Below, piece after piece: positions 1-12,400 of a stretch of DNA of 64,000 nucleotides. Within the stretch, counting starts at the first letter, position 1. Every line of letters begins with the position of its first letter. The position numbers were made by a program, and so were the translations under genes. This stretch comes from Raillietiella orientalis (taxonomy: Eukaryota), in the NCBI GenBank assembly GCA_036172245.1, contig JAYWIR010000014.1, positions 3,596,001 through 3,660,000 of the forward strand, written 5' to 3'. Below the pieces are notes generated by a model. That model saw only the letters and a program-made list of their open reading frames with translations, was not told where the DNA came from and did not search any database.

Positions 1-964
1 TTGATGAAAGATTCCTCAGTCTTCAGTTTTTTAAAAAAGTTTCAGATGTTGCTTGTTTTAAATTCAAGGCCCTTACAAGTACACAAATTACTAAGGGAAT
101 GCGTGTTTTATTTTTTATTGAATTAGTAGTCATAAAATCATGGCAAAGAGAAGTAGTGCCTTAATCAAATTACTCCTGTATTTCGGACGATTTTTTAAAA
201 GTAAGCCACATTTTCAAAAGACTTCTGAGCTATTTGTGGTAGATGAATCAGTAGGGTTAAAAATAAAATATTGAAATTTTGATCATGTATTCCTCGTTTG
301 GTGTTTAAAATGAAATTCTTTGTAACAGTTCTTTCTGAAAATACGCCAATCTTTAGATGTTAACTAGCATTTGCAGAGAAACAAGAAGCAGTTATTAATA
401 TGTCTTGTTTATGAAGGACATTTCAGTGTTGGAAATTAAGCAAAGTAATGGGAGTTTTGACTCTTGCTGGTGTCATGCGTTATCATTTATTCTTGGTGTT
501 CCGATCACTTTGATGCAATGACGTCAGATGTTGATTGTTTAAAAAAAGGTATGTGATAGAAGTGGCATTTCTCTTCGATCCAATTAATATGTGGTGTTTG
601 CTATTACCATGGAAGAAGAATACCACTTAAACGTGGAGCAACAAGAAGACGAACCGGTGAAATACTAAGTTCCTTTCATGGATAGATCCATCAGTCGGGG
701 AGAAAGCTTTCTTTACTCGCTGCCTCTGAGACCTAGTACATTGCAAACCCAAAACAGGAAGTGCGTTACACTGCCTAATACCGTTGGTACGGATGGTCAA
801 ATCCTGACGATGTAATAGTGCCCATATCGGAGCTCGGTAGCTCATTAAAATGTAAGGTATTGTAAGTCTGACTGGGAGAGGTTCTATTTCTTCTGTCTTC
901 ATTGTTTTCCTTCCAGCTTTTTTTTTTTTAAGAATTTTCTTTTTTTTGGTTCGCTAAGTACCTC

Positions 965-1654
965 AGAGCCGGTCGCGTGCCTCGCGGAGCACGTGGCTCT
1001 TTTTAAACATTAACAGTTTTGTTTCCACGCCTCTCCGCCCGCGGCAACCCGTAGGGGGGGCGTGTAATTCTTCAGGATAGGGGGCATCCCGGGATGGGGT
1101 TCCCCCTATGAATCCATGAAGGGCTCGGAGTCCGTTCCTCTCACGCTTGGGGAGGGATCGCACCTCCCACCCTCGTTGTCTCCGAAGGGGAACCCTGAAG
1201 GGAATCTCCTTCCTCATTCTCTCCGGAGGGACACCCCCCTAACGGGGGGTGGTCCTCTCCATTTCAACTTCTCCGAAGGGAACCCGGAAAGGATCCGCTC
1301 CTGTTCACTCCTCTGAAGAGAACCCCGAAGGGACGCTTCCGAAACTCAGAAGAGGCGCTGCAGCTTCCCGCAAGGAATCGCTCTCGCTTGGTTCCTTGTG
1401 CACTCTGTGAAGAGGCGATGACTCGGAGGGCCCCCGCAACAGGGGGGGTCCGCTCCTTTGAACAACTGGAGAGGTGCCCGTGAGGTCTCCTGCTCCATCT
1501 TGAAACTGGAGGCGGTCCCCCGGTGACGGGGGTCCTCTCTCCGTTGCACGACCGGAGGGATAACTCCCCACTCCTTTATTCCTGGGAGGACCCGAAGGTC
1601 GAATCCCATTGTTCCGGCCTTCATCAGGAGGCCTCCGGCTTTATCCACCGCCGG
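965..1654 (+). other. Array of ~14-15 tandem stem-loops (putative structured RNA or ssDNA element, non-coding)
   Basis: Consecutive hairpins at ~965-1000, 1026-1064, 1077-1109, 1127-1167, 1184-1212, 1225-1260, 1275-1301, 1315-1340, 1351-1384, 1425-1456, 1468-1496, 1508-1542, 1554-1574, 1584-1607. Most close with GGAG...CTCC (or GAAG...CTTC) and have a CCC-loop-GGG apex; linkers are mostly 9-14 nt. G-T pairs and GCAA/GAAA/GTGA loops favour the + strand. Confidence 0.7.
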
Positions 1655-1734
1655 GGCCACGCCCGAATGTCTCGGCCAACCAGCGCCGTTGCAGGAGAAA
1701 CTCGGAACTCAAACGACGCAGTGGCATCAGTTAT

Positions 1735-1810
1735 CTGCCGAAGTATTCGAACCCGCGACGCATGGTGCCACACGCGGAAGCCTTAACCACAAAGCCTCCG
1801 ACGCGGGCAG
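1735..1810 (-). mobile_element. tRNA-derived SINE-like head (Pol III A and B boxes)
   Basis: Minus strand reads GGAGGCTTTGTGGTTAAGG (A-box-like) ... GGGTTCGAATAC (B-box, plus 1743-1754) with tRNA-like spacing. It does not fold as a complete tRNA cloverleaf. Confidence 0.5.
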
Positions 1811-2519
1811 GGTTCTATTTGGAAGGCTTAGAAAAACGATGTCTAGCCATCCTCCTGGGAAGCTCAGAAATTAAGTTCTGCAATCAGTTTAGACTGCCAA
1901 AGAGAGGGGGGCAGGATTGGAAAGAGCGGGAAAGAATGAGTTGAGAGCATACTTGGGGTGGGATGACTTCGCAAGGTCACAGCAAGTTGAAGTCTTGGAG
2001 AAAAATTGCCGCATGCAAGATGCGTCTCTTGACATCCATATGCTCAATACATATTTTATGGTGAACACGAATCACGATTCTTCCACAGCTATTCCTTACT
2101 TTCTCATTGTAATTTTTGGGATTTTCAGGTAAGATTAATGTTTGGGAATGTAGAAAGATATCTAAGCATGGGCAATACCCTAGTTTCCGATAACACACTC
2201 AAGTCCTTTGTTGAATCAGTTATCCATAATAAGCCAACAAAGCATCAGGTAGTCAGGGGGACGTGTGAGCCGTGAATTTGGGTGCATACGAATGCTCTCG
2301 TGGGAATTATTGGGCCAAAGCTTGCCCTAACTGGGAAATTCCCCCCCCCCCCGGAGGAAAACGAATTTACTTGAACCACATAACTGGAGAGGAAAATTCC
2401 TGACATTCTCCTGACAATTTTATTATACTCTTGCACAAGTATCTTCCTTGCGAAGTATGCTGCCAATCATCATGGTTATCAGGACATATCAGTAAAGCAG
2501 TGCCAAGTCATTTAGCCAC

Positions 2520-5500
2520 TCATAGTTCCAAATGCAGCATTCCTTTCGTGTATTCTTCCTTATCCAAAAACCCGTCATCATTCTTATCAGCTGAATTGAA
2601 AAAATATTCAGCCTTCTTTTCTGGTTCTCCATCTTCAGGATCCTCATCACCGTAGATGAAACTTTCTCGGGGAGACTTGGTCTTTAAGAGACCCCGGATG
2701 GCAAGGTAACGCATCTAGGTAAACAAATGTCTTCTTGATTTGTATAATGAAAAGGTGACTGAATTCTTAGCATGCAAAGATGAAGACGGAAAAGGCACAG
2801 ATCTACTGAAGATTTTTCGAACGAGTAGTCAGATTAGAGCCGAAATTTAGTCCCGAGGAGGTCGTGCGATAAAGTTTGCTTCATCCGGCTTTCGACCCCA
2901 ACTGGAAGGACACGCGGTAGGCTAAGAACACGAAGCAGGTGCTTCGGGAAACACATGCATGCAAAAGTGAGAAACTGCTATTTAAGAAGAAATCTGTGGA
3001 TATGACAGTGATCTTACTTCTTCACGGCTTATCTTGAGATCTTCATTGACGTCAGCATCGCTGAAAGTCTCCCACTCATTGATGGACAGAAGCTCAACAT
3101 CAAATAACACTGTTGTATCTGTATCCATTGCGATGAGGATTGGAATGCTGCTTAAATCATTGAAATTCTGAGACTCACTTGGAGGAATCTTATCTAAGTA
3201 TCCGCTTTCTCCATATGCTTTCTCTGGAGGCAAGGTCAGCCTGCGTACTTCCCCAACACACATCCCCAACAGAGCACTGCTCCATGCAGGAGACTGTTTA
3301 CTATTAAGTTCAAAGCTGTAGGGTTTTCTCTTATCTGTGCTGCAAAAGAGTCCAAAGAAAAAAAGGTATTCGTTAACGACATACGTTGACATTATTCAGC
3401 TTATGTAATACCACGTGTTGCATACGCTGAATAAATACCTGGTCTGAGGTCCTTGACAAATGCAATTTCGTGTTAAGCAACGAAAATATGGATCTGAAAG
3501 TGGTCAGGTAGAAACCTATCCTACTTCCAGATTCAGATCGACAGCATCCTCTACAGAAGCAACACCGACATATACCCCTTCTTCCTCCTCCCCTCCCATT
3601 ATCCTGCTGCTCCACGGCAGTGCCCAAAACAGCCATTCTCTTGAGGTATCCTAGGAAATTTCATTCCAACTGGTGTATGGTTACTTTGCTGTCTCTATGG
3701 CGGGGCAAACGCCGCAGAGGCGAACGGTGCCAGCAGTGTATCCCTATCAACAGAAGGGAATGAAACCGAAAAAGAAAACACATAACCGATCAGTTGTTCT
3801 GCAGCTTTCAAAACGGGATGCGTTCCAGAGGGAAGCTCATCTTAGCTTTTTTTTCAGTACCCTCTTTAAAGGATTGGTTTTGCAGTGCATTTCACGAAAC
3901 TTCTACCTGGATCGGGAAGTGGCAATCATATTCAGGGCGAAAGTTTCTCATTTGCTCCACACCATCTGCGCACCACTATAGTCGTACTGTTTCCATCCTC
4001 TTGAATCTGTAAGAATAGTTGCCGATGCTAGTGCACTGCACTCCTCGGTACTCTTACATCTTCGATTTTATTCTTCGAAACCACACGAAACTTTCGATCT
4101 CTTCAGAATTTCATATCCTGTGTCTCGGTTCCCCCAAAGCTCTATGCATGCCGATGCTCACTCCGATTTTGTCGGGTGATGCAATGTATACTATCCATCT
4201 ATAGTCACTTAGAGTCAGAAGAGATTCGTCTATTCTCTGCTCTGCTTGAAACATCCTTCCCTTTTCAGGAAGATATGGTTCACCCGATCATCGTTTCGAC
4301 CACATCTAGAATGTCCCTATTTATCACAGGACACTCCAATCAGTCACAAGTTAAGCTCAATCATGACTGAATTTTCTGTACTAATGAGACACGCTTTGAG
4401 TTGTTCAAGGGTTGGATCCAAGAGGGTCCACCTCAATGGCAAATCTCCGTAGTGTTGCGTCAATACATTTAAGATTGCTCCCAAATCATCAAAAATTTTT
4501 TGCAACGAAGAGATCAGAACCTATTACGAGTGAATTCCGAGACTGAAGAGCTTCCAGTCATGCTTACATCGCTCTCATGGTTATGAGCGTCCAATGGCTC
4601 AATATATTTTGCTGGTGTGGTGGGAAGCAGGTGGGGATCCTCGGTACTCCACACTTTCGCTCATGCACCGATCTTTCATTTTTCTGGATACCGTTCGAAT
4701 GCCTCTGTTTGAGCAAAGCAGAGAAGGTTTTCTTATCGAAAGGGAAGGGAAAGGGGGTGGGAAAGGGGTGCATGCTGAGGGAGATTGCGAGTCTTAAACT
4801 TGAAAGGTTCATTTGCAGAAGAACAAAGATTTGGTCTGTCCAAGTCAGGCTACTCTCGAACAGGACGTTAGCATTCTCTTGGACAAACACCGGATACTAT
4901 GCGATTCCATTTTGATCTAGATGTACTTGCCGCAGGCATTGTAAGAAATCAGCTTACTTTGAGAGGCACAAGACTGTGCTGAGTATTTCAAAGTCAAAAT
5001 AAGGAAGACAAGAACATGATAAGCGGCACCTTGAAAACAGGAGTTCTCGATCGAGGTCACACGAGTGCACTGGAGAAAAAACGAGTAGATCGGAGCGATC
5101 GGAACGATGGATGGAGCTCAAGAAGGGTTCCTCAGAGAGGAAGTTCCAGTGTTCAGATGCATAACTCGGTCTCTGTCTGACCGTTTGTCACTCACAAAAA
5201 AACTCAAAAGCAACGGATGGTTTTCCTTGCTTCTTATCCTTTGCTGTTATCTATGTTTCTCGAAACAGGAAGCAAGCATGAGCTGACAATATCTTTGTGG
5301 ATCTGACAGCACTCGAAATTCATCACTCATCTCTGACACAGGAAGAGCGGAAGAAGAGAAATAAAGGATGCCAACAGGCAATTCAAAGACTTGCTTTTTG
5401 AGCCGGAATTGATTCCTTAAGGTGCTGAGCTCAGACAAGTTCGAAAAGGTGGGAGATTCGTACCAGAGGACCCTCCCTTGTTGGTTTCCACTGAATTTAT

Positions 5501-6177
5501 CAGTTATTGGCACTGGACGTCTGGGTCGCATTTCGAGAACCCCCGATCCTCGATTGCAAGCTCGCGAGACCAGGTTGATATTCAATGAATGTAAGGCAGT
5601 CGATCTAGAAATTTCAATTCCGAATCCTCAGATAGAGAAGAGGAGCTTCAAGGGGCGCAAAAATCGCATTCCTCCTTCAACAGAAGCATCGTATGTGGCT
5701 TGTTCGTCTGTATCATTGGAAAATCAGCATTTTCCTTCCCGAAATCAGGATCGGTTTGGGGGATAGCACTCGGAAAGTCTATAGTTAGCTGGCGTCAGAA
5801 CGATCGGTTTAGAACCACTATGCAAGGCGCACTCATTCAAGAACTGAATATCCTAACGACCGACCAAAAAGAAAGAAACAACGAATTATCTGCGTGATAG
5901 GAGACAATTTTTATATCTATTTATTTTCTTTTAAAATATTTTTTGTAAGGATGTTCCGGGGATATTTTAGAAGGTCATCTTGTACTTACAAGGAACCCAC
6001 GTACGTTCCGTTTTCTAAGCGCACGATGTAATTTATCGATATGTAATCCTGAGCTTTTGATTTTACTTCACATTTTTTCGGTTTCAGAACCTGCACGCTC
6101 ATCTTCTTAGGAGGACGTTGCTCTTCGATGCTGCTGCGAAGAATGAGTGCGGTTGCCAAAATGCGTACGAATAACAT
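2520..6177 (-). CDS. FKBP14: ER-luminal FKBP-type PPIase with two EF-hands (FKBP7/FKBP14 family), paralogue A, 214 aa
   Basis: Exons 6177-5990, 3339-3179, 3118-3018, 2714-2520; all introns GT-AG and phase-consistent. Signal peptide MLFVRILATALIL; FKBP motifs KCEVKSKAQDYISINY, LLGMCVGEVRRLTLPPEKAYG, IPPNTTVLFDVELL; EF-hands DVNEDLKISREE and DKNDDGFLDKEE; C-terminal HLEL (HDEL-like). Symbol is family-level only. Confidence 0.9.
2885..2940 (-). mobile_element. Degenerate second copy of the tRNA-like SINE head, in FKBP-A intron 3
   Basis: Minus GCTTCGTGTTCTTAGCCTACCGCGTGTCCTTCCAGTTGGGGTCGAAAGCCGG resembles the 1735-1810 head (shared GCTTYGTG...CCGCGTGT...GGG.TCGAA...CGG). Confidence 0.3.
3880..4720 (-). 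mobile_element. Decayed non-LTR retrotransposon (RTE-like) reverse transcriptase fragments in FKBP-A intron 1
   Basis: Frameshifted minus-strand motifs: I*NSEEI ... EYRGVQCTSIG (~4020-4050) followed by PEYDCHF..PGRS (~3900-3940), resembling NYRGISLLS...PESQCGFRPGRS. A second EYRG...SHHTSKIY occurs at ~4600-4650. Confidence 0.45.
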
Positions 6178-9100
6178 TTTGAACAGCCTTCAGTTTCACG
6201 CCCGAGTCTCTTCGTTCTCTTCTCTGAGAGATGGTTCCCAAGTTCGCCACAAAGTTCCTGCAGCTTTCAGCTTCTTTTCCTGCATTCCTCAGTGGGTCCT
6301 CAGATATCCATTCACTTCGAGATACTGAACACGTCCCCCTTGGCGATGAGGGCTTCGGAGCTCTGATTGCTAATTAAGATTGGTGCACCTGGGCTGGTTG
6401 CACAACACGCTTGCCCACGAAAACATGCTCTTTTCTCCTGGTCTTATAGTGAATCTGTTGGTCCCTGGGTCCATGAGGTCGGTTGGGTGCTTTCCCGAAG
6501 CTTGTTTTTACCAGGGTGCTCCGTCGCATGGGATAATTATTTTTCTGCGAACATCTTTCGTTGCCCGCCATTTGCGGAGATCTCTTATGCTCCAGGTTGG
6601 CTCCGTAGGAGTTAATCAAAGCTGGATGTTGGTAAGAGCTAATGATTTTCATGAGGACACGTGCTATCTCGGAGTAGCCCTGCTAATTGGGAAAATTCTT
6701 TTCTTTTTCAAACCCGGCTTCATGGTCCAGAGTTTTAGATCGTTCTCAAGCAGTCCTCAGAGTTCGCGCAAACACAAAGATGCACGATCGGATGAAGAAG
6801 GTTGGAATCTGCGTGCGCAAGGGAATCTCATGGGATGGAATGACGTGGGGAAGAGAAGTTCACAATTCGGGGATGGCCAGAAGGCTCCAGGATCACGTGA
6901 GGCTGTCGAGACTCATGCCGAGTGGGGCGCTTGTTGTTAAAGGATCTCGGAGGCATTCGGATCTAACAATCCTACAAAATCCCTCCGCAGTTCGCACATC
7001 ACCAGCGATGGGGTAGAGAGCACAACCTGCTCCAAAAATAAAACAAGAAAACCTTAGGACAACAACATAGGGCAGCTGACTAGCAGCTGGGAAGCTGTGA
7101 AAGCTGAGAGCCCTGAAGACACAGTTATATGTTCCATTCGGAGCTGCTGCACGGGAAGCTTTCAAAAATGGGTTGTCTGCTCTTGCAGTGAAAATCAAAC
7201 GTGGATGAACCGAGAACAGGGACGCACTAAGGTTGAGACGGCAACGGGAAACTCATCCCAGTTTCCAAGGTCACCCGTAAGAAACGCGTTCAGGCAGAGA
7301 AAAAATAAACAGAATACTCTCCTCGCTACCCCACAAGGGAAAAAAGATGAGTATATTTAAGTATTTAAGGTAGGTATTTAAGTATTCTGCTTTTGTTTTC
7401 AGTTTTTTTTTGTTGCTGTATTTAGAGTACCTGCCAAACATAAGCAACATAAAATTCGATCAGCAGCGAAAAAGAAGCAAGCAAAGCAGGGTTTGACAGT
7501 GACACTCTCCTTCGCACATTCCTGGCTTCGGATGCCAAAGCTGTGAGTGCTGGCAAGTCGAGCCCAGGAAACTCAAGAAAGTGGGAAGCGTCCTGGAATT
7601 CACTAATGAAGAGCCATTGGTAGCTCTGGGATGAACGACGGATGCCTCTTGAAGAGCTGAATGTCCTTCCTTCAGTGAAGCAAAACAGGAAGTTTCCTGA
7701 CTTTGCTGCATCTACTATTTCTAGTCCTTTACGGTGATCTGTACCATGGGGCTTTCCTTGTAGGAGCATTTGCTGCACTTTCGGTACATGTAACTGACGC
7801 ATTGGTGCACCTGGATGCGTGTTATATGCATTCGTATGTCTGGAATGTACGTGCAATATGACGGAAATGTGTTTTAAGTCTTTAGAAAAGCCGTACTAAT
7901 GTAGCTGCGTGTGCGCATGCGCGTACGTTCCAATTTCCAGCAACCTTCCCTTTCGGAGGCACTCTTTAGCCTAGGATCGTCCTTCTGAGCCAGAGAATCC
8001 CTTTTTGCAGTTGCAGAAATCGCTTTCGGGTACAACACCATCGAGCCTCGGGCTGCAGTCCCAATCCGGATATGGCTCCTCATTCGCTATGCACTCCATC
8101 CGCAAGCACTCTTCCAGAAAATGAGATTCTCTTTCTGCACTCCCAGACGTAAAAACTTAGACTTGGAGCGACCGCTGAGGCTTTAGCTTTGTCCTGCACA
8201 ACGGAGCTGCCTCGATACTTGCCTTCATCATAAAACATTTAAGTAAGTAAGAGGAACCGGCGTCGGATCATGAGATCCAGAAGACGACGAAGTGGAGAAA
8301 GAATGAAAGACACATAGGAGATAGGAATACGCATAAGCAAAGAAACGAGTAGGTCCGAACATTCAGTACTCCCAAGATATATAGCAAAAGCATCGGATGG
8401 GCTAACCTCGCACGAACCCACAGCTTCCACAGAAGGATGAGATGAAGAAGAACAGCTGTCAAAACTCTCTCTATCCTCTCTTTGAATTCTCTTAAAAATT
8501 CCTGCCTTCCTCTTTGGCAATCTCTGCCCCTGTGTTTTCCTTCTGATTGAGCCGTCACAGGAGGAGACCGACTGTGAGAGCGAAAACCGCAGAGTAAAAC
8601 AGTTAATCTGGAAGACAAAGAAAAGCACGCCAGAGATGGAATAGAGAGACATCAGTAGGCATGGAACGAAAGCAGCTCTTGATTTCTGCTCGAACGAGAA
8701 AGACGAAAACAATCCCAAGCAACAGACTCCAAACTTTCGATTCATGGTCTTCAACAACTTCAGGTCTTATAAGGACTGTCAATCAGTGTTTGAAGATCTC
8801 AACTGAAGCATCTCGGTATTTGCCGTGTTTTTCGGAAGAGAGAACATTTCGTTTTGAGCTGGGAAGTCGGAAGCAGTCTCTTCTTGGACTCTGCGACCAT
8901 TTGCATTACCCATTCCCCCCCTTTGCGAAACGAAGCTCGCGGTGGGAAAAGTCCAAATCACCAGGCCGATCCCTGTTGTCCATTTTCTTCAAACCAGACC
9001 GAGGCCAAGTAGGAAGGAACATCCATCAATCATCTTCTCGACAGAATGGGGGGGGGGGGAAAGGGGCTTGATTTGCAGCGGATCTCGGCAAGATGTCCGA

Positions 9101-9439
9101 CAACTTTCACGCTTGTGCAGAGCGAGGCTTCTTGTTGGTTCCGCACAGGGAGAGGACCCATGCGCCTGTCCGGGATGAGACTTCGTGGGGTCGTTGGGCT
9201 TTGTCTTTCCTGAAGACGAATCGAAGGGAAACTGCACTGTTGATCGTGCACGCCATCGGGACACACCAGTATGAATGAAGCATACGGCGTGCCCCTGCAG
9301 AATCTTCGCCTCCTGCTGCAGATGTTCGTTTTTTCCTTCTCGGCAGCCTAGCGGATCCCCAAGTCATACCTAGTTATTCGTTCCCCGAACTGGAGGACTG
9401 ATGGAATTGACATCTGTGCGCGGTCCGTTTTCCGTGAAT

Positions 9440-12400
9440 ATGAGTTACTTAATTTTTTTGATCATTTTCGGTGGTCACGTAGCTCAGCAGCTCGAAGAGG
9501 TGAAGAAGCTCAGAATCGACTTCAGCCACAAGCCGTATTATTGCACGAGGAAGACGAAGGCTGGGAACATAATCACTTTCCACTACATCGCCACCTTCTT
9601 GAACGGGAGCAAGTTCGACTCCTCGTGAGTATTGACACTTTTTGGCAATCTGACCCACGGGCGTGTTCGCCTAGTAGCGATAACGTCACTGAATAGTCTG
9701 GGTCAAAAACTTTATGTTTTGAGGAGGGGGGGAGAGGGGGAGGAGATCGATTTTTCGAAATGATCTTTCCAAGGTTCTGCGAGAATTTCTATGCCACCGA
9801 TGGCTGCAACAGTATTTTTGGGCTCATTTTCTTCTGCCTTAAATGGTTTCTCTCTTCGTTCGTGAAGCAGGGTGATTCTGGAGGGCATAATGTACTCAGA
9901 CCCAGGCGACGAAATGATGGGAACGCAGATCCGGTCACTTTTTCCCAGGAGTCTTCCTCGTACTCCTTCTCGGAAGTTGGCGACTGGAAGAAAAATCCGG
10001 AGGCATCAGATGCATCAGAACTGGAAACCCATCTTACCTTGGAGTGCATCCTTCGTCCTTTCCTTCTTGAAAAGATGGCGATGCTATCTAGATAAGAAAT
10101 TCATTCGCTTAACGAACAGCTCTGAACTACCGATCCGCATGCTCTGGAGGAAGTTGGTCTTCAGTCTCGCAACCTTGCTATGGCGATGCAGTGTCTCCAA
10201 TTCAAGAACCGCAGCTACTTTCAGCCACTGACGACAAGGCGTTCTGAGCTACCATCTTGGTGCTCTTGCACGGATGGAAAAAACGCACACCACCATCTGG
10301 GATTCTTCCATCTTTTCTTTGGTTCGATGTGCAGCGGTGGCTCAGCGAATGCTTTTTTAGCTGAGCACGATGGTAGGGAGGTGTTTACATTCTCCTATGA
10401 ATCCTCAAGGCTCAGCTTCTCGAAAGATCTTACATAGCTGCCAGAGAAGGCCAGACCTATTCTTTGTACATAAGAGTCGACAGGAAGAAATGCAATCTTG
10501 CTATGTGCGACGCGAGGTTCCCATTGGGCCTTGGCTTGCTCTCGGCTGACGGGCTGATGCCCTTGACTCGCGCGAGGGGCTCTGGGTAGCCGAGAAACCC
10601 AGAAACCCAGTCTTGTTTACTAGAGATGCTTTCCGTCCCCAAAAAGATAAGTGAGCTTAGCATGACACCAAGTCATATCCACTGTGCCTTTAGGCACATC
10701 CGGAAACCATCCCACAGTCCCACTTCTGAAGTGCTAAACTTTTCGGGGACTTCACGCAGTGCCACAGCTTTCAGCTCTCTTTTTACTCCTCGTCACTTTG
10801 CAAAAACCTTGCTCACTCGCTCAGAATCCCTCCTGTAGATCGAGGCTTCAGTGGAACAAGCTTAAAGAAATTCAACTACAGTTGATCATCCCAGTTCTAA
10901 TAGAATTTCTCTGCTTGTAGCCTGTGCTAAGGCATTGGCATCCATTCATAGTTGGCACCAAGAAGAGGTTTAGTGGTTGTAGGTGAAGAGGGCTTCTCTC
11001 ACGAGCTCCGATAATCCATCACTTCCAGCTGCGTGATTTCTACAGGAAGAATTCTCTCGAAGTTGTGATGGGACTTATTACCAATCTAAGGAGCCAAAGT
11101 GCCTCTTTCTTTGATAGTCTTTGCTCTCGAGATGGAGAATGAGAAGGATAGCGCGGTTTCTCCAGAACACGATGAACTGTTATCTGTGCCATGTCAGTCT
11201 TTGAGTAGACAAGATAATTGAAAGTAAGAATCCACAATAGCACTTTTTTTCTTCTTATTTCAGTATCCTAGGAAAATTCCGACATTTAATGGTGCACGCA
11301 AGCGTGCCTGCCGTTTGTTCGTAAGGGTAGGATGTTCCAGTTGCCTCATTCTCGAGTCATGAATCCCCATCCGTCTGAGAATTTCTTCTCAGTCATGAGA
11401 AGCCTTTCGAAGTCTTGAGAATCTGTTCTGTTGCTTCTACTATGAATGAATAGATCCAAATGAGGTTGAAATAAATAAGATGATTCAGTCAATAGGTAGT
11501 CAATAGGTCAAAGGGAAGCAGTAGTATCAGTAACGGGTGAGTGGAAAAAGAACACACTGTTCACTTCGCTGCGATTGGAAGATTTATGATAGTCGGGATG
11601 TTAGGCGTGAGGTGATAGAATGATGAGGAGGATGGTCCTGGTTTGAGAATTCGCATTCCCTTATTATAGTGCTTCCTTATGACTACAGCAGGGGTGGATT
11701 CAAATGGATGGAGGAGACTGGAGATGGGATTTAGATCTCGAATCTTAATTGCCATTCATATCTGCCATCGCACTCACCCGAGTCCGGCGAAACGCCCCAA
11801 AGTGCTTGAACTGCTGGTGTGACTGGAAGATAGAGGGATCTTACATTCTAATAAACAGGGTGGATGTGGGAGGCATTCTTCACTATTTCCAGCATTTTTC
11901 ACGCTGTCAAAAGCACAATGATAGTTGTTCATCCTGATCCAGTAATCCTCAAAGATAACATGTCCTTAGGGACATGTTGGACATTAGTTCATGTCATCGT
12001 TCTCACGTTTTCTGTTTGAATGCGAGGAATCCAAAGTTCTCCGAGGACCTCGTCATTTTTCGAATTTCAAGCTTTGACATGAGTGCTTTCGTAGAGACCG
12101 GTTCGTCAGCGAATGGGAAGGGCAGTTTCCTATTTTGGGTTTCTTGTGTGTTTCTCCCAATGCTGCTGCCTGCCACGTTCTCATCTGGGTAGGCGACTCT
12201 GAACACTGTTAACTCTCGTTCTGGAGCACATGAATTGGTGTGTACAGGCACCTGGGTAGGCTTGAAACCCCGACCGGAGCTGCCGCTCAACCCTCTCTAT
12301 TCTGGACTGGCACCTGCTATCTAATTCCGATATGTGAAGGCTCCCCACGTAGAACCTGTTTCAATGGAAGCTTGTGTTGTTCCAGGAGAGTCTGATCTTT

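Noticed and set aside
1..700. Possible tail of a spliced gene at the window start
   Set aside because: Splice-like motifs are present but I could not build a consistent frame or recognise a protein.
1310..1360. CTGAAGA...GAAAC hammerhead-like spacing on the + strand
   Set aside because: The cleavage triplet would be GGC rather than NUH, stem II is mispaired and stem I cannot form.
1605..1640. Minus-strand CTGATGA hammerhead-like core (CCTGATGAAGGCCGGAAC)
   Set aside because: No stem II closed by GAAA and no NUH/stem III; at most a relic.
965..1654. CRISPR array or integron attC array interpretation
   Set aside because: Units are not near-identical repeats with unique spacers, linkers are too short, there are no cas or integrase genes, and the context is eukaryotic.
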